Shown here piece after piece: positions 27,227 to 36,650 of a DNA stretch of 64,000 nt. The position numbers and the translations under genes were made by a program. The DNA is from an uncultured Candidatus Saccharibacteria bacterium (GTDB taxonomy: Bacteria; Patescibacteriota; Minisyncoccia; Phycocordibacterales; UBA2100). The notes beneath the pieces were generated by a model. That model had not been told where the DNA came from and searched no databases. It was given only the letters and a program-made list of their open reading frames with translations. Positions within the stretch are counted from its first letter, which is position 1; each line of letters starts with the position of its first letter. The DNA lies in the NCBI GenBank assembly GCA_964654205.1, contig CAZZHR010000002.1:65800-129799 (forward strand), in the 5' to 3' direction.

Positions 27227-27298
27227 CTACGCGCGCTTCTTGCGCTTCGTGGCCTTCTTTTTCTTGGCTGTCTTTTTCGCCTTCTTTTTCTTTGCCAT
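27227..27298 (-). CDS. Possible tiny lysine-rich peptide, 23 aa (MAKKKKAKKTAKKKKATKRKKRA)
   Basis: An ATG...TAG ORF on the minus strand ending right at the terminator hairpin. No SD, but an AAATAT -10-like box 8 nt upstream. Below the 60-aa cutoff of the ORF track. Could equally be noise in a K-codon-rich AT stretch. Confidence 0.2.
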   Translation of the reverse strand: MAKKKKAKKTAKKKKATKRKKRA

Positions 27299-27757
27299 GG
27301 TCGTAAATATTTTGAGAGTATTAAACTCGACCTTCGCTTCGCGCGCGAAACGCTACAGCGTTTACATAATTATTGCACTCATGCATGTAAAGAAATGTTT
27401 TTTGAAAAAATTGTGTGGATAACTCTTTTATTTTTTAAAATGTATCTCTGATGTAGAAATCAGTTATATGAAATTACTTTCACAGGAAGATATTCAGTAC
27501 GTACTTGAGAAGACATTTCCTTCCGTACACTCCGCGTCGCTCGCCCATACGCAGAAACACCCTTCTGAGGGGTGTTTCTGAAAGACGCACAGCGGAGGAC
27601 GGGTGCGAGCTCCAAAAAAAGTGAAAGTCTTATGTGAGTGCCGCCGCCCTCCGCAATACGCCCTTTTAGTCCTACGACAAAGAGTAACACCCTGTCCTTG
27701 AGTGACAACCTCTATTCGTTGCACACTACTCAGATACGAGACTTGCGTATAATCAGC

Positions 27758-27775
27758 CATGGCGGATTATAAACA
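27758..27775. repeat. Copy 1 of an 18-bp direct repeat ATGGCGGATTATAAACAA flanking the PaaX-like gene
   Basis: Exact 18-nt match with 28454-28471. Each copy can pair with an adjacent inverted TTATAA-containing arm. Confidence 0.7.
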
Positions 27776-27786
27776 AGCGCGTGAGC

Positions 27787-28437
27787 CTATCGTTCTCCCA
27801 AACCGAAGTGCACTCGCAAGGGTTTATCGTACTCGATTGCGTCCGCAATAATGTATCTCACCTCCGTTCGCAGCGATGCGTCTAGCTTCAGAAGCGTTAT
27901 GATTTCTTCACAATCATACGGGTGCACCCATACGCTGTTTTGCAATCGGTGAAAACCAAGTCTCTTTAATATTTCGCGTACACGATCTCGCGTAGAGCGC
28001 CGCGCATGCGGAATGTCGAATATCACGACTCGCCAACGTCCGTCCCATCGACGCGGCCTAGGTATTTCTACGGCCGAAAGCCGGATGCGTTCCGCATGTG
28101 ACTTTCCCCTCTCCGTCAGTATGGGGTAACGTTTGCCCGAGTGCCGCATAAACTCGACCATCCCTTTTTTCTTCAATCTCGAGAGTGTCTCCCGCAGCCT
28201 CTGCGTGGGCTGCGGGGGCAGGATTACATCAAGGTGTTCTCTTTTGATGAGCGCAGCGACTTTCGGCGCCATCACCGCTACCGTGAGAATTCCTCCGAGA
28301 GCGAGCGTACCTATCACAGCTCTTTCTATCGATCCGCGTCTCAACCGCAGACGAACTCCACTCTCCTGGGATACGCGCGATTCTTGCTCACGCCTCTTCT
28401 GGGTATTCTGTTTTTGCCGCATGAGTGCATTGTACAA
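27787..28437 (-). CDS. PaaX-family-like protein (winged-helix N-domain plus Cas2-like/PaaX_C domain) with an N-terminal TM segment
   Basis: C-terminal WDGRWRVVIFDIPHARRSTRDRVREILKRLGFHRLQNSVWVHP matches the PaaX C-terminal signature (W.G.W..V.FD.PE..R...R..L...GF..LQ.SVW..P). TM is AVIGTLALGGILTVAVMAP. Confidence 0.5.
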   Translation of the reverse strand: MYNALMRQKQNTQKRREQESRVSQESGVRLRLRRGSIERAVIGTLALGGILTVAVMAPKVAALIKREHLDVILPPQPTQRLRETLSRLKKKGMVEFMRHSGKRYPILTERGKSHAERIRLSAVEIPRPRRWDGRWRVVIFDIPHARRSTRDRVREILKRLGFHRLQNSVWVHPYDCEEIITLLKLDASLRTEVRYIIADAIEYDKPLRVHFGLGER

Positions 28438-28453
28438 ACTTGTTTATAACTCG

Positions 28454-28471
28454 CTATGGCGGATTATAAAC
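28454..28471. repeat. Copy 2 of the 18-bp direct repeat ATGGCGGATTATAAACAA, preceded by the inverted arm TTGTTTATAA
   Basis: ttgtttataa-ctcgct-atggcggattataaacaa forms a 10-bp stem hairpin 14 nt upstream of the PaaX-like start. Confidence 0.7.
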
Positions 28472-28521
28472 AATTCAGGAATGTTCCCTTTAGTCCTGTT
28501 GTGCAGTGTGCATAAACTGAA

Positions 28522-28541
28522 TACCGCCCTTTCGGGCGGTA
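28522..28541 (-). terminator. Putative terminator hairpin taccgccc-tttc-gggcggta downstream of the O-antigen-ligase-like gene
   Basis: 8-bp GC stem. The T tract on the minus strand is weak (TTCAGTTTATG). Confidence 0.35.
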
Positions 28542-28622
28542 CTTCAGCGACTTTCAATCTGCGAGCCACACTTTGTGGCACTCACGTATTCATTATATGT
28601 ACCGCGCAGCGACGCGCAAGTA

Positions 28623-30854
28623 CTAGAGTACTTCGGCCGTACCGGTACGTATCTGCTCAATGACAGGATCCGCCTGCTCTCCAATACCCGGGATAGCGCG
28701 CTTCGCTTCTTCGAGCGCCGCGATCGCCGCCGCGCGATTGCCGGAGAGGTAGTGTATCGCGGCAAGCGTGAAATAGAGCTGCGCATCCTGTGGATTTGCG
28801 CGGATGGCAGCTTCCCAAATCGGCACCGCGCGCACGAGCTGGTTGGTCGAGCGATACGCGGCGAGCACGCGCGAATCGGCCGCCTGGCCTTTCTCGACGT
28901 ATGGTGCGAGCACCTCTTCTCCCTCAGCCATCTGGCCGTTCAAAATGAGCCCAGAGCCGTAAAGCACGGCCGCAGTCGCGAATGACGCGTCGAGTTCGTG
29001 CGCCTGTTTGTAATACGAGAGCGCCGAGGCGGTATCGCCGCGCGCTATCGCGTTCTCCGCAAGCTGGAACATTATTGCCTGCTTTTTCGGAGAGTCTTCG
29101 AGCGCCCGTTCGTACGCTGCCTTCGCATCGTCGTGCAATCCATAGGCTCCATAGAGCACGCCGAGAAAGAGTGGAAAACGCGCATCCAGCGGCGACATGT
29201 CCTCCTGTTTCCGCATTTCCGATTCCGCGAGCGCAAAGAACTGCTGCTTCGTGGCCTCGGGTATGTCGAGCTGGCTCGCCTGTGCTGCCATTTGCGCGAG
29301 CTGCTCCCGGGCTTCCTGCATGCCAAATGTGCCGAGCTCAATCGACTGCCTCATGTACTCCAGATTCGTTGCAATCTGACCCTGCGGTGCGATCGCCTGG
29401 AGCAGAAGCCTGTTCGCAGCGAGCGGCTTTTGGTTGACACCCCATGCGAGGAAAAGCAGCGCGAGTGCACATGCGAGCGCGATGTACGGGATGTACGCAC
29501 GGTTGACTACTGCGCTCCAGAGCACTTTTGCTTCTTGCGCCTTACTGGCTCGATATGCGATAAACGCGAGCACCGTCCCAAAGAGGATGTAGCTTGTCAC
29601 GTTGTCGAAGACGAAGAAGTTGTGCACGAAGTAGCCCGCGAGGAGTCCCGTGAGTATCGAGCGCTCCGCTATCGAGAATCCATCCGGCCGTCCCGTCAAG
29701 ACACTTCGCCAGAGCGCGAATAGCGCAGCGAAGAATATCGAGAGATACGCGAGCAGGCCGAGCGTTCCCCCTGCGACCCACCAGTCGAAAATGATGTTGT
29801 GCACGCGGTCAAACCACGGCTCCTGGCTGTGCATGCGCGGGTCGTAGTACTTGTCGAAAACGAGCGCGTAATTCTCCTGACCCCAGCCCAAAATGGGCTT
29901 CTCCTGTACACCCTGCCATGCCATCTGCCAGTTGATGAATCGCGCCTTCGTCGTCGCGTCGTCGAGTGAGATGGTCGCAAGACGCTGGAGGAAGCCGATG
30001 CGCTGCACCCACGTCTGCTCTTTCACTAAGAAGAACCCGCCGATAATGACGAGGAGCCCTACCACCATCGCCGCCGACGCTCTCCATGCGTTGCGCGAAT
30101 TTTGAGCCTGCATGAGCACGAGCAGCGCGGAAAGGAGCGCGCCGCCGACGAGACCGAGAATCGCACCGCGCGTACCGGTGAGGAGAAGTGCGATGGTGTC
30201 GAGCACAATGATAGAGCCGTACATAAGCGAGATGCCGACGCGCTTTCCCTCGCCCCTTTCCACCCACTGCTGCGCCCAGAGCATCGCCGCGAGGAATATG
30301 TGGAACAGCATGTATGCAGCGAAGTAGATGGGGTTGCCGAATGTCGCGTCGATGCGGCCGCTCAGTCCCGCTGCTCCACCCTGACCGAGTGCAATCTGGC
30401 CGGTAACTTGGAAGAGGCCGTATATCGAGAGGTACGCCGAGACGCCGAGCGTCGTCCACCACAGCCACCGCCAGAGTTTCTCCGTCTGGAGCATCGAGGC
30501 TGCAACCACGGTGTAGACGAGGAGATGGGCAAGCGTCACCCACCCGTCCATGCGCTCGTAGTTGCTCCAGATGCTCTTAAAGGGGTATTCGCCGAAGATG
30601 TCGGCAAGCCCGATGATGGCAACAAATACAGCGAGTGCCGCGAGCACCCATGAGCGCCGGGGTCTATACGCGGGATTGACGAGTGCGAGCGCGAGCCACG
30701 CTGCCGCGCTTATCTCGACAACGATGCGAAAGGCGAAGTTTTTACCCGTGATGTAGGGGAAAAAGAGCGACGAAGTGACGAGGAGGCACACGAAGGGGAG
30801 CGCAAATACGCCAGCAAGGGCAATGAATCGGAGCGTCTTCTCAAGGACAGTCAT
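28623..30854 (-). CDS. O-antigen ligase-like polytopic membrane protein (Wzy_C-type) fused to C-terminal TPR repeats
   Basis: Start re-derived at MTVLEKTLRFIALAG. At least 10 predicted TM helices with the O-antigen-ligase-type loop. C-terminal ~300 aa are TPR-like (AYERALEDSPKKQAIMFQLAENAIARGDTASALSYYKQAHEL...). Confidence 0.6.
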   Translation of the reverse strand: MTVLEKTLRFIALAGVFALPFVCLLVTSSLFFPYITGKNFAFRIVVEISAAAWLALALVNPAYRPRRSWVLAALAVFVAIIGLADIFGEYPFKSIWSNYERMDGWVTLAHLLVYTVVAASMLQTEKLWRWLWWTTLGVSAYLSIYGLFQVTGQIALGQGGAAGLSGRIDATFGNPIYFAAYMLFHIFLAAMLWAQQWVERGEGKRVGISLMYGSIIVLDTIALLLTGTRGAILGLVGGALLSALLVLMQAQNSRNAWRASAAMVVGLLVIIGGFFLVKEQTWVQRIGFLQRLATISLDDATTKARFINWQMAWQGVQEKPILGWGQENYALVFDKYYDPRMHSQEPWFDRVHNIIFDWWVAGGTLGLLAYLSIFFAALFALWRSVLTGRPDGFSIAERSILTGLLAGYFVHNFFVFDNVTSYILFGTVLAFIAYRASKAQEAKVLWSAVVNRAYIPYIALACALALLFLAWGVNQKPLAANRLLLQAIAPQGQIATNLEYMRQSIELGTFGMQEAREQLAQMAAQASQLDIPEATKQQFFALAESEMRKQEDMSPLDARFPLFLGVLYGAYGLHDDAKAAYERALEDSPKKQAIMFQLAENAIARGDTASALSYYKQAHELDASFATAAVLYGSGLILNGQMAEGEEVLAPYVEKGQAADSRVLAAYRSTNQLVRAVPIWEAAIRANPQDAQLYFTLAAIHYLSGNRAAAIAALEEAKRAIPGIGEQADPVIEQIRTGTAEVL

Positions 30855-30867
30855 AGCCGGGATTCTA

Positions 30868-31686
30868 TCACGAACGCTTCTTGCGCGTCGGCCGGCCATG
30901 GTCGTCTTCGATGCGGACAATGTCCTCCTCATCGAAATCGCCGTATGCGACCTCCACGACGATGCCGCCTTTCTTCGACTCGAGCCTGTGTACCTGTTTC
31001 TTGCCCACACAGTACGTCTCGCCCCTTTTGAGCCTCACCTGCTCCGCTTTGCCCTTTGCATCGTGGAGGGTCGCTAAGGCATCGCCCTCTACAAGGAGCC
31101 AGCACTCGCTGCGACGATGATGGTATTGCAGACTCAACCGACTCTTGGGCTTTATGTAAATGGTCTTGAGATTCCAGTCCTTGCCACTGTCCCAGCCGTA
31201 GTATTCGCCCCACGGCCGTACTGTTTTCTTCACCGGTTTTGCCGCTTTCGCGATCATCCAGGACGAAGACTGTACTTTCCCTCCGTGACCAACTCGGTAC
31301 TTCCGCGCGATGCCGAGCTCGATGCACACAGAGTCCTCTGGCGTATTCGACTGTACCCTGTCGCCGCCATTGGCGAAGACGTGCGGGCGCAGCTTCCGGA
31401 GCGTGCGCGAGACACTCATATCGGGGTCGTTCTCCGCGTGGTCGGTGAGCACCACCTTGTCGACGAACGGGAGCGACCGTATCATCTCTGCGCGCTCTTT
31501 CTCCGGCATAAAAGCGAAACCTTTCTTAGACTTGAGCCAATTGTCATTGTTGATGATGACAACAAGCTTGTCGCCGAGCTTCTTTGCCTCCTTAAACATA
31601 CGCACATGTCCGATATGGAGTGGGTCGAACCCCCCCGACACAGCGACCCATCGAACCTTTTTGCTACCGTATCGTGCCTTGGCCAT
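30868..31686 (-). CDS. Cytidylyltransferase-like nucleotidyltransferase (HxGH motif) fused to a mannose-6-phosphate-isomerase-type cupin domain
   Basis: N-terminal VAVSGGFDPLHIGHVRMF (RfaE-domain-II/TagD-like). C-terminal PWGEYYG...LSLQYHHRRSECWLLVEGDA...LKRGETYCV...HRLES...VVEVAYGDFDEEDIVRIEDDHGR matches the C-terminal cupin of type II PMI/GMP enzymes. Confidence 0.6.
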   Translation of the reverse strand: MAKARYGSKKVRWVAVSGGFDPLHIGHVRMFKEAKKLGDKLVVIINNDNWLKSKKGFAFMPEKERAEMIRSLPFVDKVVLTDHAENDPDMSVSRTLRKLRPHVFANGGDRVQSNTPEDSVCIELGIARKYRVGHGGKVQSSSWMIAKAAKPVKKTVRPWGEYYGWDSGKDWNLKTIYIKPKSRLSLQYHHRRSECWLLVEGDALATLHDAKGKAEQVRLKRGETYCVGKKQVHRLESKKGGIVVEVAYGDFDEEDIVRIEDDHGRPTRKKRS

Positions 31687-31718
31687 AGTGGCGTCATCCT
31701 AGCAGAGAGGGCGCACGC

Positions 31719-32459
31719 ATGCGAACTCCTCTATATAATAGGGCTGTGGCGCATATATCACTTATCTTACCCGCGATAGACGAGACGAATTCGCTAGAAG
31801 AGACTGTCCGACTTTCACGTAAGGCACTTTCGTCGCACGACCTCGAGTTTCTCATCGTGACATCTCCCGCCTTTACGACAGGTCCTTGTCTTCGCACAAT
31901 CGAGAATCTGACGACCAACAACCCCGACATTCGACACATCGTGCAAACACTGCCGGGTGTCGGCGGCGCCATACGTAATGCGTTCGATGTTGCGAAGGGC
32001 GAATACACGGTACTCATGGCGAGCGACCTTGAGACTGACCCCGTCGCACTTCCGGCACTCATACAAAAATTGGAGGATGGATTCGACATCGCCGCTACGA
32101 CCCGGTGGCGCGGTGGCGCACATTTCGTAGGCTACCATCCTGTGAAACTTGTATTCAACTACGCATTTCAAAAACTATTTCGCATACTCTACTGGACAGA
32201 CCTCACAGACATGACATACGCATACCGCGCGTACCGCACACCAATAGTAAAACGCATCAGGTGGGAAGAAACGCGGCATCCTTTCCTTTTCGAGAGTATC
32301 GTGAAGCCACTGCGGCTGGGGTACAGAGTGACCGAAGTCGACACCTCATGGAAAGCTCGTTCGGAAGGCGTCTCGCACGGACGACTCACGGACACTCTGA
32401 ACTACGCAAAAGTAGGTCTCAGAGTCCGCTTTATGCCCGCGTCGGAGTTGGTATACTAG
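31719..32459 (+). CDS. Glycosyltransferase family 2, polyprenyl-phosphate sugar synthase type (DPM1/ArnC-like)
   Basis: ISLILPAIDE...VLMASDLETDP (DxD) GT-A signature. 246 aa, size and motifs typical of Dpm1/ArnC/GtrB. Confidence 0.7.
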   Translation: MRTPLYNRAVAHISLILPAIDETNSLEETVRLSRKALSSHDLEFLIVTSPAFTTGPCLRTIENLTTNNPDIRHIVQTLPGVGGAIRNAFDVAKGEYTVLMASDLETDPVALPALIQKLEDGFDIAATTRWRGGAHFVGYHPVKLVFNYAFQKLFRILYWTDLTDMTYAYRAYRTPIVKRIRWEETRHPFLFESIVKPLRLGYRVTEVDTSWKARSEGVSHGRLTDTLNYAKVGLRVRFMPASELVY

Positions 32460-32559
32460 CCGCAACTCATATGCGTCCAGCTCTCATCACCCCGATACCA
32501 CAATGCTACGCATTGGCTACGGGGCAGGCCGGCGGCATACCTGGTGAGATTTCCTGACT

Positions 32560-33627
32560 ATGAAAAACAAACCGACACTGATTACTGGAGGTTGCGGCTT
32601 CGTTGGACGCCACCTCACGAAAAGCCTCATCGAACGAGGCTATCGAGAAATATGGATTATTGACAACATCGCTCTTGAGAGTGCACACCGTCCACACAGC
32701 TGGCTCTCGGCACGATGGCAAGAGTCCAGTGAGGGCGACGCGCTCATGTATAAGAAAGATGATGTATCGATACGATTCCTCGAGCGCGACGCGCTCGAAG
32801 TGTTCGCTACCCAGCCCGCCGGCGAATTTCCTCAGTTCGGCGATGTCTTCCACCTTGCTTCTATTGTAGGCGGGCGAACGCTTATCGATGGTGACCCCCT
32901 CCTCGTCGCACGTGACCTCGGTATCGATGCCGCGCTATTTCTTTGGCTCTCCCGTGATTCTATGCGCGCCGAACGCGTACTGTACGCTTCATCATCCGCT
33001 GCCTATCCCACGAGACTCCAGGGAGAGAGTGGTGCTGTCGCGCTCAAAGAGTCATTCATAGAATTCTCGGGCGGAACGCTTGGCCAGCCGGACATGACAT
33101 ACGGCTGGGCGAAACTCACCGGCGAGTACCTCGCAAAGCTCGCGCACGAAAAGTACGGCATGCACGTCGCCTGCGTCCGACCATTTTCCGGATATGGGGA
33201 GGATCAAGACCTCACATATCCCACCCCATCTATCGCTCTGCGTGTCGCACGCGGTGACGACCCCATAGAGGTTTGGGGTACCGGTACGCAAGGGCGCGAT
33301 TTCGTGCACATTGACGACTGCGTCGACGCATTCTTCGCTGTACTCGAGAAAGTGTCCGACGGCTCCGCCATCAATATCGGCACTGGGACGCCCACGACAT
33401 TCATTGAATTGATAGAACGCATGCTTACACTCGAAGGTCGTGCAGCAGGAATCAAGCCTCTTTCTGACAAACCGGTCGGAGTGACGACGCGATATGCGGA
33501 CACTACTATGATGGACGAGCGAGTACAGTGGCAGCCGAAAATATCGCTCGACGAGGGACTGCGCCGTGTACTCGACGGTGCGAGACAACGCCTCGCGGGA
33601 AACCCGCTTCCATTCTGCATCGTATGA
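32560..33627 (+). CDS. NAD-dependent epimerase/dehydratase (extended SDR)
   Basis: TGGCGFVGRHL glycine-rich loop, YASSSAAYP catalytic region. 355 aa. Confidence 0.75.
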   Translation: MKNKPTLITGGCGFVGRHLTKSLIERGYREIWIIDNIALESAHRPHSWLSARWQESSEGDALMYKKDDVSIRFLERDALEVFATQPAGEFPQFGDVFHLASIVGGRTLIDGDPLLVARDLGIDAALFLWLSRDSMRAERVLYASSSAAYPTRLQGESGAVALKESFIEFSGGTLGQPDMTYGWAKLTGEYLAKLAHEKYGMHVACVRPFSGYGEDQDLTYPTPSIALRVARGDDPIEVWGTGTQGRDFVHIDDCVDAFFAVLEKVSDGSAINIGTGTPTTFIELIERMLTLEGRAAGIKPLSDKPVGVTTRYADTTMMDERVQWQPKISLDEGLRRVLDGARQRLAGNPLPFCIV

Positions 33628-34724
33628 AGACGGCAATCGTCACCACAACGATATACGTGCCGAGACTCTTGGCTTCCTATGCCGACGACGCAAAGAAGCA
33701 CGGACACAACCCTATCTTTATCGTAGTCGCGGACAAGAAAACACCGCCGGAGGCCGAGGCGTTCTGCGCAGAACTCGCGAAAACATCGGGGTTTCGCGTC
33801 GAGTACTTTACGGTCGAGCGTCAGGACGAATACCTCTCTCGCTTCCCTGCACTGAAGGCTCACTTACCGTGGAATTGCATCCAGAGGCGCAATGTCGGGC
33901 TCCTCTATGCGTTTGAAGAAGGTTGCGAGACGATTATTACGATTGACGACGACAACTTCCGCGTAACTGAAGACTACATAGGAGCGCATGTTGTCAGCGG
34001 CGAGCGCGAGTGCGACGTAATCTCGACGACAACAGGCTGGCTCAACGTGTGTACTACTCTGAAAGAAAAGCACGGCCGGACTTTCTATCACCGCGGCTTC
34101 CCCCTCGAGAAGCGTCATCTTGAAGAAAACTGGAAGACACAAACACAGACCGTGCGGCCAGTCGTCAACGCCGGTCTCTGGCTCGGCGACCCGGACGTCG
34201 ACGCCATGGAGCGGCTCTACTGGTCCAATGAGCCGACAGAAGCGACCGAATACACAAGCACGCAAAACTACGCTCCGTCAAAGGGCATATGGACGCCTTT
34301 CAATTCACAGAACACCGCCATTGCGCGCCGAGCTATCCCCGCGTATTTTCTCAGTCCCATGGTCGGCCGGTACGATGACATTTGGGCCGCCTACATCATC
34401 AAAAGAATCGCGGACCACCTTGGCGAGTCCATCGTTTTCGGCGAACCTATCGTTCGACAAGAGCGGAACCCGCACAACTATTGGAAAGATCTCGACAATG
34501 AACGCTACGGGCATGCGCTCACTCTTCGTTTTACGCAGGTGCTCGATTCGATTGACCTAGAGGGAAAGGATTACGGCGAGTGCTACGCGGAACTCGTCGA
34601 CTCGCTGCCGACTACATTTACGTCGCTTGGCAAACTCTCCGACGTGGAGGACGCGTTCGTCGCCGGGTATTTTGAGGGTATGAGAGTATGGCGCGAGACA
34701 TTCCCTACCCAGCCCGGACAGTAA
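33624..34724 (+). CDS. GT-A-like glycosyltransferase, possibly reversibly-glycosylated-polypeptide (GT75)-like
   Basis: Start at the ATG overlapping the upstream stop (ATGA). MKTAIVTTTIYVPRLL then IITIDDDNF (DxD-like). Family assignment is tentative. Confidence 0.45.
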   Translation: MKTAIVTTTIYVPRLLASYADDAKKHGHNPIFIVVADKKTPPEAEAFCAELAKTSGFRVEYFTVERQDEYLSRFPALKAHLPWNCIQRRNVGLLYAFEEGCETIITIDDDNFRVTEDYIGAHVVSGERECDVISTTTGWLNVCTTLKEKHGRTFYHRGFPLEKRHLEENWKTQTQTVRPVVNAGLWLGDPDVDAMERLYWSNEPTEATEYTSTQNYAPSKGIWTPFNSQNTAIARRAIPAYFLSPMVGRYDDIWAAYIIKRIADHLGESIVFGEPIVRQERNPHNYWKDLDNERYGHALTLRFTQVLDSIDLEGKDYGECYAELVDSLPTTFTSLGKLSDVEDAFVAGYFEGMRVWRETFPTQPGQ

Positions 34725-35055
34725 CGACGACACCAAGCAGTATCATCGCCAGGCCTATGGCCTGGAAAAGGGTGATGCGCTCGCCGAGGAGAATCGCTGC
34801 ACCTGTAGTGAGCACAAACGTCATACCTATCATAATGGGGTAGCCTACGGCGAGCGGCACAGAGCGCAGCGCGAGGAGGTAGAAACCGAGATTGAGTGCA
34901 AAGAGGACAGCAGCGCTCGCAGCGTACAGATGAGCAGCCGTGAACTCAAACCTAAACAATGCAGAAAAGGAAAACTGATTCGCAGCAGCAAACTTGAGCA
35001 GCACGTTCGCTGCAGCGTTGAGCGTGAAAGCGAGTGCGAGAAACATTAGGTTCAT
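34705..35055 (-). CDS. Four-TM SMR/DMT-type membrane protein, ArnE/ArnF-like (undecaprenyl-phosphate sugar flippase subunit-like)
   Basis: 116 aa with four hydrophobic helices. Placed between a GT2 and a GT-C glycosyltransferase, as arnE/arnF are. Confidence 0.5.
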   Translation of the reverse strand: MNLMFLALAFTLNAAANVLLKFAAANQFSFSALFRFEFTAAHLYAASAAVLFALNLGFYLLALRSVPLAVGYPIMIGMTFVLTTGAAILLGERITLFQAIGLAMILLGVVVTVRAG

Positions 35056-35069
35056 AGCGTAAGTCTATA

Positions 35070-36614
35070 CTATTCGTCCGACGGTAGCGTGCGCCAAATA
35101 CCGATACCTTTCTCGCCGCCTACCCTATGAATCTCCGAAAGATTCGCCCATGGGCTCTCGACACCCAAGAACTGCCTGTAACGATACTGGATATAGAGAT
35201 CAAAATCTGCAAGATAACCAATATGCTCCTCATCGAGATACGCCCAGAGTCTGCGCTCTCGGAGAGCAGAGGCCGCTTCATTGTTCACAAGCCCGTCGAG
35301 ATTAACGATTCTATGCTCGGAGAAATAGGCTTGCACGCCCGCGTTGAATACACCTATCGTAGAATTCTCGGGCAGGTTCTCGTTCATCCAATGCGCAGCC
35401 TCGTACATGACAAGTTGCTGCGACTGCGCATACCGAAGATCTTTTTCCCAAGCGAAAACAAAAAGGGCTCCGACAGCAAGCGCACAAACTGCTGACGGGA
35501 GTGGTCGCAGCCACCCCCCTTCCCGCCACCTTCCGAGCATCCAGGCTACGAATAGGACGAAGAAGATATTGAACGCCACAAAGTACCATTCTCGAAACGT
35601 CCATCGAATGCTCGCGCTGGTTATGAAATGAAGCAATGTCCCCGCAAAAAGAAAAGCTTCTACTGGCATTTTCAGATTCACAAACCGCTCTCGTGCAGAG
35701 ATTGCCCACGCAATAACTGCACCAATAAACATGAGCGCCAAGAGAGGCGCGCCAGTTTGGTCGATAACCTGGCGTACTGCGCGCTCTGTCATGTATACGA
35801 CTGCTTTCATCTGCACGAAAAGACCCTCTCCGTTGTCTACTTTCACCAATTCATGATTTACGATAGTTGAGGAAACAGACGAAGATGTGAACAGCATGCC
35901 GAAATTCACGAAATTCCACGCAAGCCACGGTGCAACAAAGACTGTCGCTACTAGGCCAGCAGCAATTGAGTGTCGAATACCGACTACGAAGCCGTGTCGA
36001 TACATTAGAAACACGAAAAAGAGCAAGAGGTAGAATACATTGTCGAGTCGGGCAAGCATGAGGAGACCCGCCGCGGCTCCGACGAACAGAAGTCGAAGCA
36101 TTGTCGGCGACTCACTGTAACGGACAGCGGCGAGCACGGTAGTAGATAGAAGCGCCAATGACAGCGGCGTTTCAAGTCCTGACGACATTCCGTAGAGGAC
36201 AAATGGATTGAAGAGCCAGAGTGCTAGTGCACTGGCTTGTACCCAGACACTATTCGTGTACCGGCGCAGAATGAATAAAAGGGTCACTGCGGTCAATGCG
36301 CTCAGAAGCACCGAGAGTGCAAGCGCCGCCCGGACGGGTTCGATATCCATTTCACTGCCCGTGGAAAATATTGAGAAGATTCCCGTGAGCATGACGAGCC
36401 AAAGCGGATGAAATCCATTCGTCGGATTCTCGCCGTCAAAGGTCACGCCGTTCCCCTCAATGATATTGCGCGCGATTTGGAAATAGTAGAATGAATCATC
36501 AGGGATAAGATCCGAGAGCCAGAAAGAGAGCGGCTGAAAGACCATCCACAGCTGGAGTATTAAGCCGACTGCAACAGTCAGGTACGGCAGCGGTCGCGCA
36601 GTCATACGAGTCAA
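35070..36614 (-). CDS. GT-C fold membrane glycosyltransferase (ArnT/PMT-like)
   Basis: 514 aa. About 11 N-terminal TM helices and a C-terminal soluble domain. Early loop LIPDDSFYYFQIARNI resembles the DD/DE-containing first periplasmic loop of GT-C enzymes. Confidence 0.5.
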   Translation of the reverse strand: MTRMTARPLPYLTVAVGLILQLWMVFQPLSFWLSDLIPDDSFYYFQIARNIIEGNGVTFDGENPTNGFHPLWLVMLTGIFSIFSTGSEMDIEPVRAALALSVLLSALTAVTLLFILRRYTNSVWVQASALALWLFNPFVLYGMSSGLETPLSLALLSTTVLAAVRYSESPTMLRLLFVGAAAGLLMLARLDNVFYLLLFFVFLMYRHGFVVGIRHSIAAGLVATVFVAPWLAWNFVNFGMLFTSSSVSSTIVNHELVKVDNGEGLFVQMKAVVYMTERAVRQVIDQTGAPLLALMFIGAVIAWAISARERFVNLKMPVEAFLFAGTLLHFITSASIRWTFREWYFVAFNIFFVLFVAWMLGRWREGGWLRPLPSAVCALAVGALFVFAWEKDLRYAQSQQLVMYEAAHWMNENLPENSTIGVFNAGVQAYFSEHRIVNLDGLVNNEAASALRERRLWAYLDEEHIGYLADFDLYIQYRYRQFLGVESPWANLSEIHRVGGEKGIGIWRTLPSDE

Positions 36615-36650
36615 TGGATTCTAGCGAGTACAGTATGGCATACTACCCGC

